Source of the DNA: Camelus dromedarius
Taxonomy: Eukaryota
NCBI RefSeq assembly: GCF_036321535.1
Contig: NC_087437.1
Span: 91,700,001 to 91,764,000 of the forward strand
Length of the DNA: 64,000 bases
Reading direction: 5' to 3'
The stretch's first letter is position 1, and each line of letters starts with the position of its first letter. Below, piece by piece: positions 24,833 through 38,130 of this stretch. A program made the position numbers and the translations under genes. Under the pieces are notes generated by a model. That model worked only from the letters and a program-made list of their open reading frames with translations, was not told the DNA's origin and did no database searches.

Positions 24833-27800
24833 TGTTTTATTGAGGTGTAATTGACATATAGCACTTTATAAAGTTAAGGTGTACAGCATAATGTTGACAC
24901 ACATTTATCATAAAATGATTACCACAATAGGTTTAGTTAATATCCATCACATCATATAGTTAGTTTTTTCCTTGTAATGAGAACTTTAGAATTTACTCTT
25001 ACAGCAAATTTCAAGTATATCATATAGAAGTATTAACTGTAGTCATCAAGTTGTCTATTATATCCCCAGTACTTATTTATCTTATAACTGTTGTCTTGTA
25101 CCTTTTTACCACCTTCCTCTAATTCTACCAACCCCTACCACCTCCTGCCTCTGGTAACCACAAATATAATCTCTTTTGCTATGAGTTTGGGGTTTTTTTT
25201 GTTTATTTGGGTTTTCAGATCCCACAAATAAGTGGTATTATATAGTATTTATCTTTCTCTGTATATTTACTTTACTTGGCACAATGCCTTCAAGGGCTGA
25301 ATAATATTCCTTTATATATGTATATACTCATAAATACACACATGGGTGTGTGTAGACATCCATTCTTTATCCATTCATCTATTGATAAACACAAGTTTGT
25401 TTTCATGTCTTGACAATTGTAAATAATGCTGCTGTGAACATGGGGTGCGGATATAATTTCAACATAGTATTTTCTTTTCTTTGGCTGTGTTCCCAGAAGT
25501 GGAACTGCTGGATCACATGATAGTTCTCTTTTTAAATTGTTGAAGATCCCCCATACTATTTTCCATAGTGGTTGTACCAATTTACAATCCCACCAACACT
25601 GTACAAGTGTTCCCTTTTTCCCATATCCTTGCTGGTGGGTCTTGTATCTTGAAATTTTATTGATAGCCATTCTGAGAGGCCTGTATGGTTTGATTGTGGT
25701 TTTGTTTTATTCATCTTTTCAAAGAACCAGTTTAGTTTGGTTACTGTTGCTTTTGATTTCCTATTCTTTATTTCATTTATTTCTACTCACATGTTTATTA
25801 TTTCCTTCCTTCTGCTAACTTTAGGATGTTTGTTATTCTTTTTCTAGGTTTTTAAGGCATAGGGTTAGGTTGTCTATTTGGAATCTTTGTTTTTTTTTTT
25901 TAATAAAGTTTATTACTATGATTTCTCACTTAGAACTGTCTTGCTGCATCCTATAAGTTTTGGTATGTTGTGTTTTCATTTTTGTTCATTCCAAGATACT
26001 TTTTGATTCCACCTTTAATTTCTTCTTTGATCTATTGTTTTTTTCAGGAGAGTGTTGTTTTATTTCCATATATTCATGAATTTTCCAGTTTTCCTCCTTT
26101 TTGATTTTTAGTTTCATACAGTTGTGGTCAGTGTTAAGATACTTGGTATGATTTCAGTATTCATGGATTTGCTAAGACTTGTTTTGTGCCCTAACATATT
26201 GTCTATCCTAGACAATACTCCCTATCCTAGAAAATGTCCGCTGTGTGACTGAGAGGGATATGTATTTGCTGTTTTCAGATAGAACGTTTTATATTTGTCT
26301 GTAGTTCCATTTGGTCTGTATTATTGTTTAAATCTACCATTTCTTTATTGACTCTCTGGGGATGATTTATTTATTATTGAGAATGGGGCATTAAAGTCCC
26401 CAACTATTAATTACTGTTATCTTCTCCTTTAGCTCTATGAATTTTTGCTTTATATATTTGGTGCTCTGATGTGAGGCATATAAATATTTACAAATTTGGG
26501 GTGCTATAATCTAAAGATGTTTATGTAAGCCTCATGGTAACCACAAGGGAAAAACTTATAACACCCTACTTTAAGCTGATAAAAACTTTAATAAAATCTC
26601 TAAATTTTACACTTCTGCATGCCTCCTTCCCCTCACATTTTAGGTTACAGCTTTATATTTTTATATTATGTAACTAATAACAGATTATCACAGTTATTGT
26701 CATTTTTACTGTATTTTTAGACTTTCAAACTAGAGTTTGAAAGTAAATTATTCATCACCATTACTGTATCACAGAAATTAACTTTGACTATATATTTACT
26801 ATTACCAACAACTTTTACACTACCTTCTTACATTTTTATGGTGGTAATTAGTGTCCTTTTACTTCTATTAAAAAAACTGTATTATTTCTTGTAAGTCAAG
26901 TCTAGTGATGGTGAACCTCCTCAGCTTTTGTTTGTTCAAGAAAGTCTTTATTCCTCCTTCATTTCTGAAAGAGATTTGCTGGGTATAGAATTCTTGCTTA
27001 ACAGCTTTTTTCTTTAACCATTTGTCTGTATCATGACATTCTCCATTGGTCTGAAAAGTCTCTTTTGAGAAATTCACCATTAGTATAATGGGGATTCCCT
27101 TGTATGTTATTTCTCTCTTTTCTTTTGCTGCTCTAAAAATTATTTCTTTGTCTTTGTCTTTTGACAGTTTAATTATAATGTGTCTCAGACTAGCCCTATT
27201 CAGGCTCAAACTATTTGGGGGTCTTTGGGCCTCATGAGTATGTGTGTCTGTTTCTTTCTCCAGACTTGGGAAGTTTTCAGCCAGTATTACTGTAACTATA
27301 CTTTTTGTTCCTTTCTTTTTTGCTTTTGGAATTCCCTTAATGTAAATGCTCTTTCTTTCAATTGTGTCTCATAAGTCTCATAGGCTTTCTTAACTCTTTT
27401 TTCATTCTTTTTTCTTTCTTCTCCACTGACTGTATAACTTCAAATGTCCTATCTTTCTGGTCACTGATTCTTCTGCATGGTCAAGTATGCTTTTGAAGCT
27501 CTTTATTAAAATCTTCTGTTTATTGTATTTTTCAGCTCTAGGATTTCTGTTCATTTGTTTGTTTTTTGATGGTTTCTCTCTGTTGAACTTCACATTTTGT
27601 TTATGCATTGCTTTCCTCATTTTGTTAAATATCTCTATGTTCTTCTAGTTTACTAAACTTTTTGAAGAGGATTGTTCTGAATTCTTTGACTGACATTTCA
27701 TAGATGCCCATTTCTTTAGTGTCAATTTAGGGCATCATATTTACCTGACTTTTCATGATCCTTGAATCCTTCCATTGTTATCTTTCCATTTGAGTGTGTG

Positions 27801-29580
27801 GTCTCCTCTTCCAGACTTTATAGGTTTGCTTCAGCAGGTGGTTCTTCACTGGTCAGCTCAATTTGGGTTTCTGGATGTGCCTGCTGGTAATGTTCTTGGG
27901 CAGGTGGGGTCTGTTATCAGGGTATACTTTGGGGAAAGGCAACAGTCCACACTCTAAGATCAGGGTGGAGGGTTGCACTGACTGAAAACTGTTAGATGGG
28001 CCTGCTGGCTTTGTTCCCTGTCCAGCTAAGAGTGTAGAATGGGCTCCACAGTTTCCTGGATTTTCTGGTCATGCTTACTAGATGGTCAGAACCGGGTACT
28101 ACACCCAGCAGTAGGTGGGACTATGAAGTATCTTCCCTGCCCTGGTAAAGCAGAAGGATAGGACCTAAAGCCTGCACAGCTCATTGTTAGGGTAATTGAA
28201 TCAGGCAAGATTGTGCACCAAATTCCCTGGAGATGTGAGGCCAGCAGTGTTGCTCTGCAGATGAGGAAAGCCACAGGTTGTGTTCTCTGTTTAACTGCCA
28301 CAGTAAGCAGGACTACTGGATGCAGTCCAACAGCTTCTTGTGTACTCTGTTTAGGGTCCTTGGTCACGTGGGCTGAAGGCTGTATTCAGTGATAAACAAG
28401 GATATGAATTAATTTTCCTGCCCAGGCCCAGCATTAGAAGCAGCTCTGAGGCCAGTGGTGGTGTTGACTCAAGTTGACCCATGCCCCATATTCCCTGCCT
28501 GAACAGAGCCACTGGCTTTGCTTTGTGGACTATTAGTTATTCCTTTTTAACCTTTCTGCTCAAACTTGCTGGGCAATGCAGTCTCCAGGAATTCCTGCCA
28601 GTCCCTATGGCCAGGAGTTACACATACAACTGGGCAAGGCTTTGACTCAGCTCCCCTTCTGGGTGGGATGGGAAGACCTCCTCCAGTCACCTCTCAAATT
28701 TTCCCAAATAAATGTTTGGATCAGTAGGAGCTGGGAGGTACATTCAGCAGCATGAATTAACTTTCCTGCTTAGGTGTCGCTGGGGACCCTCCATGCCCAG
28801 TACTGGCTTTGCACTGGAGGTTATCAACATTGTTTACCCTTCTATCAGCCTGAGCGTTGCTGGGCTATGCCGTTTCCAGGTATACTTTCCAGGCCTTCTG
28901 GTCAAAAAGAACCAGGAACCACATTTATTAGTTGACGGAGTTAAGACTCAGCTCTCCTGTACAGACAGCTGGGGCAGACAGGGCTCCAGAACCAGTGCAT
29001 CTTCTTGTTTGACAGCCCATATCAGGCAGACCTGCACTCTGCAGTTTCCTTGGTTAGACTGCACCACTAACTTGGTTCTGCAAAGCCTTTGGTTTTGATT
29101 ACTGCTTGTGATCTGCAGGTAGGAATGATGTCTGCTAAGATCTAAGTGCTAGTTGTTGCAAGCCCTTCTCCCCTTCTCCATCACAACCAGATTCTCAGTG
29201 GTCAAGATCTACGGATTTCCCTGCAGTCCCCATGGGAGCAAGACCAGAGTAGGGAACCACACAAAATGACTCACAATGCTGGGCATCTGTATGGCCTCCA
29301 TGGGCTCTTTTCTCACTGGAGGAATCACAGGCTCAGAGAAGATTTCTCTATGTGATGCTGTGTCACCCTGGGGAAGGGGCCATGTGATCACCATGGAGCT
29401 GCTTGTCTTACCCTTCTAATACAATCTGTCTTACTTTCTGTGGTATAGGGAGTGCTTCAGCCCCACTCCCATGTCCTTAGATTCTCTCAGTGGTGTCTTG
29501 TCCATGAATAGTTATCAGTTATTTTTTTAATGGGGAGCAGATCAGGAATGAACTATGTTGCCATCTTGGTGACATCCTCT
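24833..29580 (-). mobile_element. L1MA9-like element with long 5'UTR, ORF1, ORF2 endonuclease region and 3' end; RT region deleted
   Basis: 3'UTR 'ttttattgaggtgtaattgacata...gtgtacagcataatg'. ORF track 25290-25670 (ORF2 C-terminus GTLVQCWWDCKLVQPLWK) and 26868-27209 (ORF1 RHIIIKLSKDKDKEIIFRAAKEKREITYKG). 5' terminus 'gccatcttggtgacatcc' (antisense of the YY1-type aagatggc). Confidence 0.92.
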
Positions 29581-30225
29581 GTGTAGGAGTTAAATGAATC
29601 TCAACACTTAGAACATACCTAAAGAGACGATATTGACCAAATGCCCTGACCTATTAAAAACACATATATGTAATACATATATATATTTGTATGTATATAA
29701 TATATATGTGTCTGTCTATATATGATTAAATTTATAGGCATATTGAAATACACTAATCCCAATGTTACGGATCATCTTAAATAAAAAAATGTTTTTTTAA
29801 GGACACTATTACTGTGAAAATTTCTAATAAAAGTAATTTGTCATATATTTTAAAGTAAAAACATATGACTGGAAGTAAAAATATGTTGGAAAATTATAAA
29901 TTGGAAAATATGGTTTTGGGCTTCTTATTTCCAGTAACTTGTCTTACTATGTTATTGTGTTTTAGTTATAAATAATTATTTTAACACTATTAAAATAGCT
30001 TAAACTCTGAAGGATAAATTTGTTTTTTAAGAAAGACACAGAATTAATCTTCATTGGGAATTTAAATAATTTGCTAAGAGCAGATTTTGGTGTAGGAATG
30101 GTTAACAGATTTTTAAATGCATCTCAATATTACATATTATCTTTACTTGTTTAGAAGTGTTTTTTTTTTCCATCTGTTATATTTTCACTCCAGGTAGTGT
30201 ACTAAAGTACAGTTCTGATACTAAT

Positions 30226-32295
30226 GGTATTAGTTTTCTGTGGCTGCTGTAATAGTATACCACACACTGGGTGGCTTAAACAATAAAATTTTATCTTCTC
30301 TTTTTTCTGGAGACTGGAAATCCAAGATCAAGGTGGTGGCAAAGGTGGGTTTCTCTGAGGCCTCTCCTTGGCTTTCAGATTGTTGTCTTCTTCTTCCTCT
30401 TTAAATGGTATTTCTTCTGTGCATACATGCCTTGGGTGTCTCTTCTTCTAAGAACATTAGTCATATTGAATTAGAGCATCACTTTAAAGAGTTCATTTTA
30501 ACTTAACAACCTCTTTATAGGTCTTATTTCCAAGAATGGTTACATTCTAAGGTACTGTGGATTGGAATTTCAACATGTGAATTTTGTGGGGATACAATTC
30601 ATCCCATAATATTCCACCCTTTGGAACTCAAAGATTCATCTACTTATTACATGCGAAGTACGTTCCCCGCCATCCCAACAGCCCAGAGATTTCCTTTCAA
30701 TCACTTTCAATAACAACTCTTTAAGTCCAAAATATCATCCAAATCAGTAGTGGGTAGGACTCAGGTGCGATTCATCCTGAGGAAAAATTCCTCTCCAGCT
30801 GTGAACTTGTAAAATGAGACAAGTTATATACTTCAAGAATGTTACTGTGGAAAAAGCATAAGACAGACATTCCTATCCAAAAAGGGAAAAATAGGAAAGA
30901 AGAAAGGGTTGTGGGCAGGACAAACTTCATTAGAATGTAAATGCTGAGAATTATTCTCTCTGGCTTGATGCTTTGTCCTAGGATCCTCTTGGTTGATGCT
31001 CCCACTGCATCAGCCCCAACTGTGACAACCTGGTCTCCTGAAAACAAGGTGTCCTTACTCTCTGAAACCAAGAGAAGAGACAGTCTTGCCCTTCAGACCT
31101 GTGGTAGCTCTGGTACTGCTTTTGAGGGTCATTTTTTCCTTTTCTTGAAGGATAACACCTATTCACAACCAGATGGCTCTATTGACTTCTCTTGTAAAAT
31201 TCCAAGCCTCCCTTCATTTAGTTCCATCTCTCCCCTTTTTCCCAAGGTAATATCACTGCTGGTATAACCCTGTTTTTATGCTTGGTTTCATCTGAGATGG
31301 CTGATTAAATCTGTGTGTGCTCTCTCTGTGGAGTGATTGTTCAGCCATGCCTTTGGTGTTCTCTTCAGAACGTGCTTTCTCATTTTCTGTGGTGTGGATA
31401 GGCTGAGAATTTTCCAGATCTTCATTTGTGGGTTTTTTTGCTTAGCAGTTCCTTCACTCTCTCTCTCTCTCTTTTTGTATTTTACTATAAAAGTAAGGAG
31501 AAATCAGGCCATGCCTTCAACATGTTGCTTAGAAATCTGCTAAATACTCAAGATAGTCGTTCACAAGTTCTACCTTCTGTGAAATACTACAACACAATTT
31601 AGCCAAGTACTTTGCCTTTCTATAACAGGGATTATCTTTTCTCTAGTTTCCAATAATATGCTCCTCATTTCTGTCTGAGACCAGAAGCACCTTTAATATT
31701 CCCATTTCTATGAGCATTCAGTTCATTATGATACATATATTCTCTAAGATGATAATTTCTTTACAGTTCTTCTCTTTTCTCTGTAAACCCTTCCCAGCAT
31801 TATCTTTACCATCCATATTTCTACCAACAGTCCCTTCAAGGCAGTCTGAACTTGTCTAGCATGTACCTCATAACTCTTCCAGTTCTACCCATCACCCACT
31901 TCCAAAGTCATTTCTACATTTTGGGATATTTGTTACAGCAGCATCCCACTCCATGGTACCAAAATCTGTATTTGTCAGCTTAAGCTATGATACCAAAACA
32001 CCACACACTGGTTAGCTTAAACAACAGAAATTTAAATTCTCACAGTTCTGAAGACTAAAAAGTGCAGGGTCAGTGTGCCAATAGGGTTGGTTTCAACCGA
32101 GTTCTTCTCAGTCTGCAGACAATGCCTTCTTGATCTGTCATCCCTAACACCAGTCTGATCTAATTAGAGCCCCATTATTATGATGTCACATAACCTTAAT
32201 TAATTCATTAAAGACCCTGTCTCCAAATAAAATCACATTGGGGTTAGAGCCTTCAATATATGAATTTTGGAAGGGAAACAGTTCATTCCATAACA
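30226..32295 (-). mobile_element. Two-LTR MaLR (MLT1A/B-type): LTR 30226-30611, internal 30612-31966, LTR 31967-32295
   Basis: Both ends carry MLT1 LTR motifs ('ccacacactgg.tggcttaaacaa', 'tcaa.at.tgaattttg...ccataa.a'). The internal region begins with the PPT complement 'ttccacccttt' and ends with the MaLR-int start complement 'cccactccatggtaccaaaatc'. Confidence 0.92.
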
Positions 32296-32514
32296 GTCAG
32301 ATACAGTGTATTAAAAACAGCACTTGGCGTATAGTTATTCTTCAAAAAATGGCAGCCACTATTGCAGGTGCTGATCGTGTTGTGTGAGTAAAGGGAGTGG
32401 CATTCTGTTATTAAAAGAAAAGAATGAGTCAGCAACAATTATCAATAGAAAATTATCAGTTGCTTTTTCTATAAATTACTTTGAACATTGACTATTTTTG
32501 AGAAAAAAAAATAT

Positions 32515-32912
32515 TGTATTAGTTTGCTATGGCTGCTATAACGAAGTACTACAGGTTGAGTGGATTAAAGAATAAACATTTATTTTTTTCACAATTCTGG
32601 TACCTAGAAGTCCAAGACCAATTTGTTAGCAGGTTTGGTTTCTTCTGAGGCCACTCTTGGCTTGTAGATGACTGCCTTCTTGCTATGTCCTCAATGCATT
32701 TTCCATTGTGCCTATGAATCCCTGGTGTCTCTCCATGGGTCCAATTCTTTTGTTCTTATAAAGATACCAGTCACATTTTATTAGAACCCTCCCATATGGC
32801 CTTTTAATTATCTTTTTAAAGACCTTATCTCTAAATATAGTCATATTTTGAGGTACTGAGGGTAAAGGCTTCAACATATGAATTTTGGGGATGCACAATT
32901 CAGACCAAAACA
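32515..32912 (-). mobile_element. MLT1A/B-type solo LTR
   Basis: Runs from 'tgtattagtttgctatggctgctataac' to 'caattcagaccaaaaca'. Near-TSD AATAT/ATTAT. Confidence 0.92.
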
Positions 32913-33529
32913 ATTATTATATTTTACTGTACTGTGTTGAAAGGAAATGTTACAACTTTTAAGAAAACTATAATATCTACCTGCTTAAAGTTATGTATAG
33001 AGTTTTAGGCAAAAATAGTCTTGAGAAATTTGTTGTCAGAGCTTTATATTTACCTAAAAAACTCTTACTTAAAAACTTAGTAATACATGATAAATTTATA
33101 ATTAACTTCTCAATGTTGAGGTGAATTAACCATTAACAAAAATGTTAATCATCAAAGGATGGGGTGTTGGCATAAACAGCTAGGGAAAATAAAGCTAGTT
33201 GAGAACAGTATCTTTTCCATTTTGTATGGGGAAGTTGGAGAGATGCCATTATTATTACTCTAAATTTCAGAGATGAAAAACAGAAGAAATAGCTGAAGAA
33301 GGTTTTAGTGATCATTACATCTATCCAGATATTGTCTTAGGTTGTATTCATGTACTTAAATATTCACTCAATGTTAGTCTTGTTAGTTTCTGCTAATTTC
33401 TCCAGTAACTAATCAGGAGCAAGACTTTAGGCTTTAATTTTCAACAAAATGGGACCTGAAACTTAGAACAGAATTCATGCTTGGGGAGACTTGGACCACA
33501 GAACATTTATCTGCATAAATATTGCCATT

Positions 33530-33900
33530 GCTTCATTAATTCAAGCAATATTTATCAAGTGCCTTTTGCTAGGCACTACTGCAGACTCTTGGAATCCACT
33601 CATTAATTTTAAAATATTGCCTTTTACCCTCAAAGATGTTACTTTCTAGCTTGAGAGGGCTGTCATACAAATAATATGAAAAATAAGAAATATAATAAAT
33701 ATGTTAAAGGGAGAGAAGTACAGGGCAAGAGTGATAAGGAATGATCATTGGGGAAGGAGGGAGTGACAGATTATAGTATAAAATTTTGTAGTTAGGAAAG
33801 GCGACCCTGAGAAGATGTCTGGGCAAGGATTTGAATTAGCAAAGGAGGTAACAAAAAGAAGATTTGGAGAAAAGACCCTAAAATGAGAGTTTATCCAGCT
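33530..33900 (-). mobile_element. L2 3' fragment
   Basis: 'ttcattaattcaagcaatatttatcaagtgccttttgctaggcact', 'gttaggaaaggcgaccctgagaagatg'. Confidence 0.7.
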
Positions 33901-34012
33901 TCCTGAAAATCCTCAAGTCCATCAACCAGGAATAAGATGGTGCACATATACATGGAGTAAGATCTTGAGCTCAAAATGTGTCAATGTTATACTGGACCAG
34001 AGATTAAAACTA

Positions 34013-34533
34013 TGATTCCCTGAAGACATCCACCCAAACTATTAGTATCAAATAAACAAAGACTTGAACAGAGTCAGCCATTATCACTTGCGTTTTAGCA
34101 GACAAACAAAGGCAGGCAGAAAAGTGGGAAAGCTTTATAGTGGAAACAAATGAAGACTTCATGCATGCCCTGATTCTCCTTTGTTGGCATAGGGAAGCTG
34201 TAGACAGTCAGACTAGAATCAGAACAGCCTATATGATTGGTTATGGGTGAATATTTGGTTTTCTCTGGTGGCCATGGGACAAAAATTGGAGAAGCTGTTG
34301 GTTATCCATTGAGTGCTGGCCATTTGGGGCCAATTATTACAAGTGTTATTGTTTGGCTTTCTGAATTGTTACTGTGAATTCTAATAAGTCTGACATACAG
34401 CAAGCTGGCTTCCTGGGCTATTTATTGTAGATAAGGACATTTGTTTTCTAGAGAAGTTGCTGCAGGTTGTGAAGTAGAATTCTATGTTTTATATAGAGTC
34501 TGTCCGTTATCCATTTGTACTTCCAGTTTCTCA
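34013..34533 (-). mobile_element. ERV1-class solo LTR (MER90/MER110-like)
   Basis: The reverse complement starts 'tgagaaactggaagtacaaatggataacggacagactctatataaaacatagaattctacttcacaacctgcagcaac', the recalled 5' end of this LTR group. Subfamily uncertain. Confidence 0.7.
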
Positions 34534-34749
34534 GTGACAACTAAAACCTACGCCTTCCAATCACCTCATATTTAAACCTTTGTCACACTATCTGCCTTTA
34601 ATCTACTGGAATCAGTACCATTACGACTTTCATGCACGATTATGGCAGACATACCAGAACACCTAAGGTCCAAGTCAACTCTCATCTCATAGACTATAAG
34701 ACCTTGTACATTCTTTCCCCTTCTCTTGTTTCTCCCCAGTCCTACTGTA

Positions 34750-35580
34750 TTCTAAAATTTATGATCCATTGTCAGTAAAGTCCCACATATATTTAATGTT
34801 TCTCCATACATTTATTTCATCTTTACCTTCTTGTTCTAATGAGGGCAGTAATTCCCCTAAAGCTTTTTACAGTGGCAGCTCCAATCAGCTCTTTTCAGGC
34901 CATTTTTTTTTTCTCTCTTGGAAAAACATGGACACACACACAAATAAACACACAACTAGTTTTAAATCTCAAGTAAGATTATATTAATCACTAACTCTTG
35001 TTGTTGCATTAATCCATCTACCAGTGCATATTTCTCAATTTCTTTTCATTATTTTAAACTTCTAGATCAATCTACTCTTTCCAATACTACTACTGCCTTA
35101 ATTCTTGGTGACTTGGTAGTATAATATTTGTGTGTATGATCCTTCCAAAGTCCAGCCTCTTAGTACCTCAAATTTTTTTCTTCCAAAGGTCTTGTACTTC
35201 AGCCTTACTTAGTCATATACTTGCAGATACACAACACAGAAATTATTGGTATTAATCATAGCAACTCCTTGATAATTGCAACTTTATATGCCCAACTCCC
35301 TGACCACTACCTTTCATCATTCTGGATCATTCATATTAACTCCCTGAAAATCCTTTTACCTTGCTGACCATCAATCCATTTACCTCCTCACCATTTCAGT
35401 GTCTCTCACTTCCTATATGTCTGCAGTCAACTAGTTTAAATTTCATGGTCAGTAATTATAAACACTCCCTTATTTATACACTCAACTCCCTTGTCTTTCT
35501 GCAGTGTCATTATACTGGGTTAGCAAATCAGAATTTTGGCTGAGTCTAACTTTCATCTAATCTGCATCTGCTCTAGAGAC
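34750..35580 (+). mobile_element. L2 ORF2 endonuclease-domain relic
   Basis: 'attcttggtgacttg' (ILGDL, APE-type ILGDFN motif) at 35101, followed by 'gatccttcc' (DPS) and 'ccctgaccactac' (SDH-like). C-rich L2 composition. Confidence 0.65.
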
Positions 35581-36052
35581 TGAAAAGATGTCAGATTCTT
35601 GTATTTTCAAACTAGAACATATATGTTGCATAATGGCTCTTAAATGTCCTTTTATTTGATTTAGATTTTATCCTTCCAAACATGCAAATTTGTTATCAAT
35701 TTCTCTTCTTTCCAGTCTGTTACCTGTTATTAATGAGTTATCTGTATGCTGCCTAAATCATCTTTTGAAAAATATGAGATTTCAGGAAAACAATTTATCA
35801 GTAATAGTCACTGCTTCTGCCAATACTTCGTGGCATTGGGGAAGTTATTTAATCTTTGTCCATAAAATGAATATAACAGTAGTTGATGTAATATATATAC
35901 ATACATACATACAGTACCAGGTATTAACAAACGTTGAGTTTACTACTAATTCTATGACTTTTTACCATTCTTGTAATTATTATTGCTTTGTCGTTACCAT
36001 CATTATCAACAAAAAGATCTGGACTATTCATCAAACTTAGGGAAATAGTTTG

Positions 36053-36453
36053 TATTTTAGTTTGATTGGGCTGATGTAATAGAATACCACAGACTGAGTG
36101 ACTTAAACAGCAGAAATTTATTTTCACACGATTCAGAAGGTCAGGAGTCTGAGATCAGGTGTTGGCAGGTTTGGTTGCTCTTTGACTTGTAGATGACCGT
36201 CTTCTCACTGTGTCCTCACATGGTCTTTCCTTTGTGCACGTGCATCACTGGAGTCCCTTTGTGTATCCAAATTTCCCCTTCTTATAAAGACAGCACCATA
36301 CTGAATCAGGGCACATCTAACAGCCTCATTGTAACTTAATTACCTCTTTAAAGTCTATCTCTGAAAACAGTGATATTCTACTGTGCTTGGGATTAGGGCT
36401 TCAACCTATGAATTTCCAAGGAGTGGAGGGAGGAGTACAACTCAGTCATAACA
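36053..36453 (-). mobile_element. MLT1A/B-type solo LTR with 5-bp TSD
   Basis: 'gaataccacagactgagtgacttaaacagcagaaattta...ggattagggcttcaacctatgaattt...cagtcataaca'. GTTTG on both sides (36048-36052 and 36454-36458). Confidence 0.92.
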
Positions 36454-37315
36454 GTTTGTATCATGCATCTCCTCAGGGTGTTGTCTTCTTTAAAATTCCC
36501 AAGTACAGTGCACACTTACGACCTTAAGCCTGATTCTTCATAAAGAATCTGTTTTTCCTAAATGGTACCCTCTTTCAAGGATATTAAGAGAGATCTCTGT
36601 CCTCTGCCCAAACAAATTCTAAAGTCCTATTTGCCTGCTCTACCTCTGTCAACCCCAAAACTGTGCCATTTCCACCCTTTGTTTTTAAACATGTGTCCTA
36701 CCTTATTCTTCAGATCAGAACATCTCTGGATCTAGGCTGATTGTGCAGGGTCTCCACTGGGCTCTTCTCTGACTATCACCACATGCAGCTTGTGCTAACA
36801 CGTTCATTCAACTTTTCCCATCATGTGGTCATTCTCATTATTTTGTGCTCTGCAGTATCATGGCATTTGATATAATCTTGCTCTCTGGTGGCATTATGAA
36901 ATCGAGGGTGATAACCTCCCAGTGAGACTTCTTAGAGTACTATATAAAATTAGAGAATGCTAATCTTTGTTTCCCCCAAAAGCAATAACTATTTTTATTA
37001 AAATTATGACAATACTTTTTAGAGCCCATAAAGTATTCAAAGGAGATAGGATTCACAAATGTAACACAAAGTAAATGTATGTCTGTGATATGCGGACTTA
37101 CCATTTCAGACCCTTCTTGATAAATTATTTTTGAAGCAATCTGTCAGGTATATACATGTTGCTGACCTCTGAATGTTCCTCTTCTTTAGAGTTACTTAAC
37201 CTGATATTCCTTCTATTCAGAGGAGAGACTGACCTTCTTCCTAAGGCTTTGTCACATTGTTCTTGGCCTTATTTGGTCTCCAGTGCTGTTCTTCCTGCCT
37301 GTTCAGTTTCTCCCT

Positions 37316-37319
<4 letters not shown>

Positions 37320-37358
<39 letters not shown>

Positions 37359-37370
37359 TTTGTGTGTGTG
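37320..37370. repeat. (TG)n microsatellite, imperfect
   Basis: About 25 TG units with two TT interruptions. Confidence 0.95.
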
Positions 37371-37479
37371 CTTTTCTTAATCAACCCACATATTATTCTT
37401 TCCTACGTGAAAGAAATAAATAAAAAGAAAACAAAAAAAGAAAATCCTCCCTTTGAAATGATCTTATCCACAGTGTCAT

Positions 37480-38130
37480 GTCCTATTTCTTTCCTTTCGT
37501 GATAAAATTCATTGACTGAAATGGTTCACGTCAATGTCTCTATTTTCCCCTCATTCCCCAATGCATTAAATCTGGTCCCTATCTCTATGACTACGTTGAA
37601 AGAGCTTTTGCTACAATTACTAATGAATTCCTCATCAATAAATTCAATCCCTGGGTTTTGTCCTCATCCCACTTAATCCTGCTACAGTATTTGGCACTGT
37701 TAAATACACTCTTCTTCAAATCTTCTCTTTCACTTCAGAGAATTAAATTTCTACGATTCTTTTTTCTTTGTACTTTTTCTTTTAATATGGATTATGTTTT
37801 TCTACTTCACTGAAACTATTTCCCATGGACATGTTTTGATTTTTAGATATTTTACTATACATCCTTCTCACCAGGTAATCTCATTTATTACAAAGACTAT
37901 CATAATTAGAAAGAAACTCTCAATATAAGTTCAATAGGGACATAGTCTGGCTATATTTATTCACTTCTACACTCTTGGTAACTAATTTGAGCCTGTTGAA
38001 TGGAATATTTTATCCAATAAATTATATGTTATTTAAATTTAAAATCTCTATGAATTCCATATTTATATTTCTAGGTATGCACTGCACATGTCTATTTTCA
38101 TGTTCTGGAAGTAGCTCAAAGTTAATAATA
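37480..38130 (+). mobile_element. L2 ORF2 RT-region relic
   Basis: 'gtcctcatcccacttaatcctgctacagtatttggcactgtt' corresponds to the L2 VLILLDLSAAFDTVDH region, and the downstream 'catatttatatttctagg...cacatgtctatttt' is typical of L2. Confidence 0.65.

Noticed and set aside
28086..29394. Cluster of 61-128 aa ORFs in higher-GC sequence
   Set aside because: They lie inside the L1 5'UTR and resemble no host protein I recognise.
30772..31543. Four ORFs of 62-108 aa
   Set aside because: They lie inside the decayed MaLR internal region and are chance open frames.
37156..37502. Cys/Val-repeat ORFs
   Set aside because: Translation of the (TG)n microsatellite.
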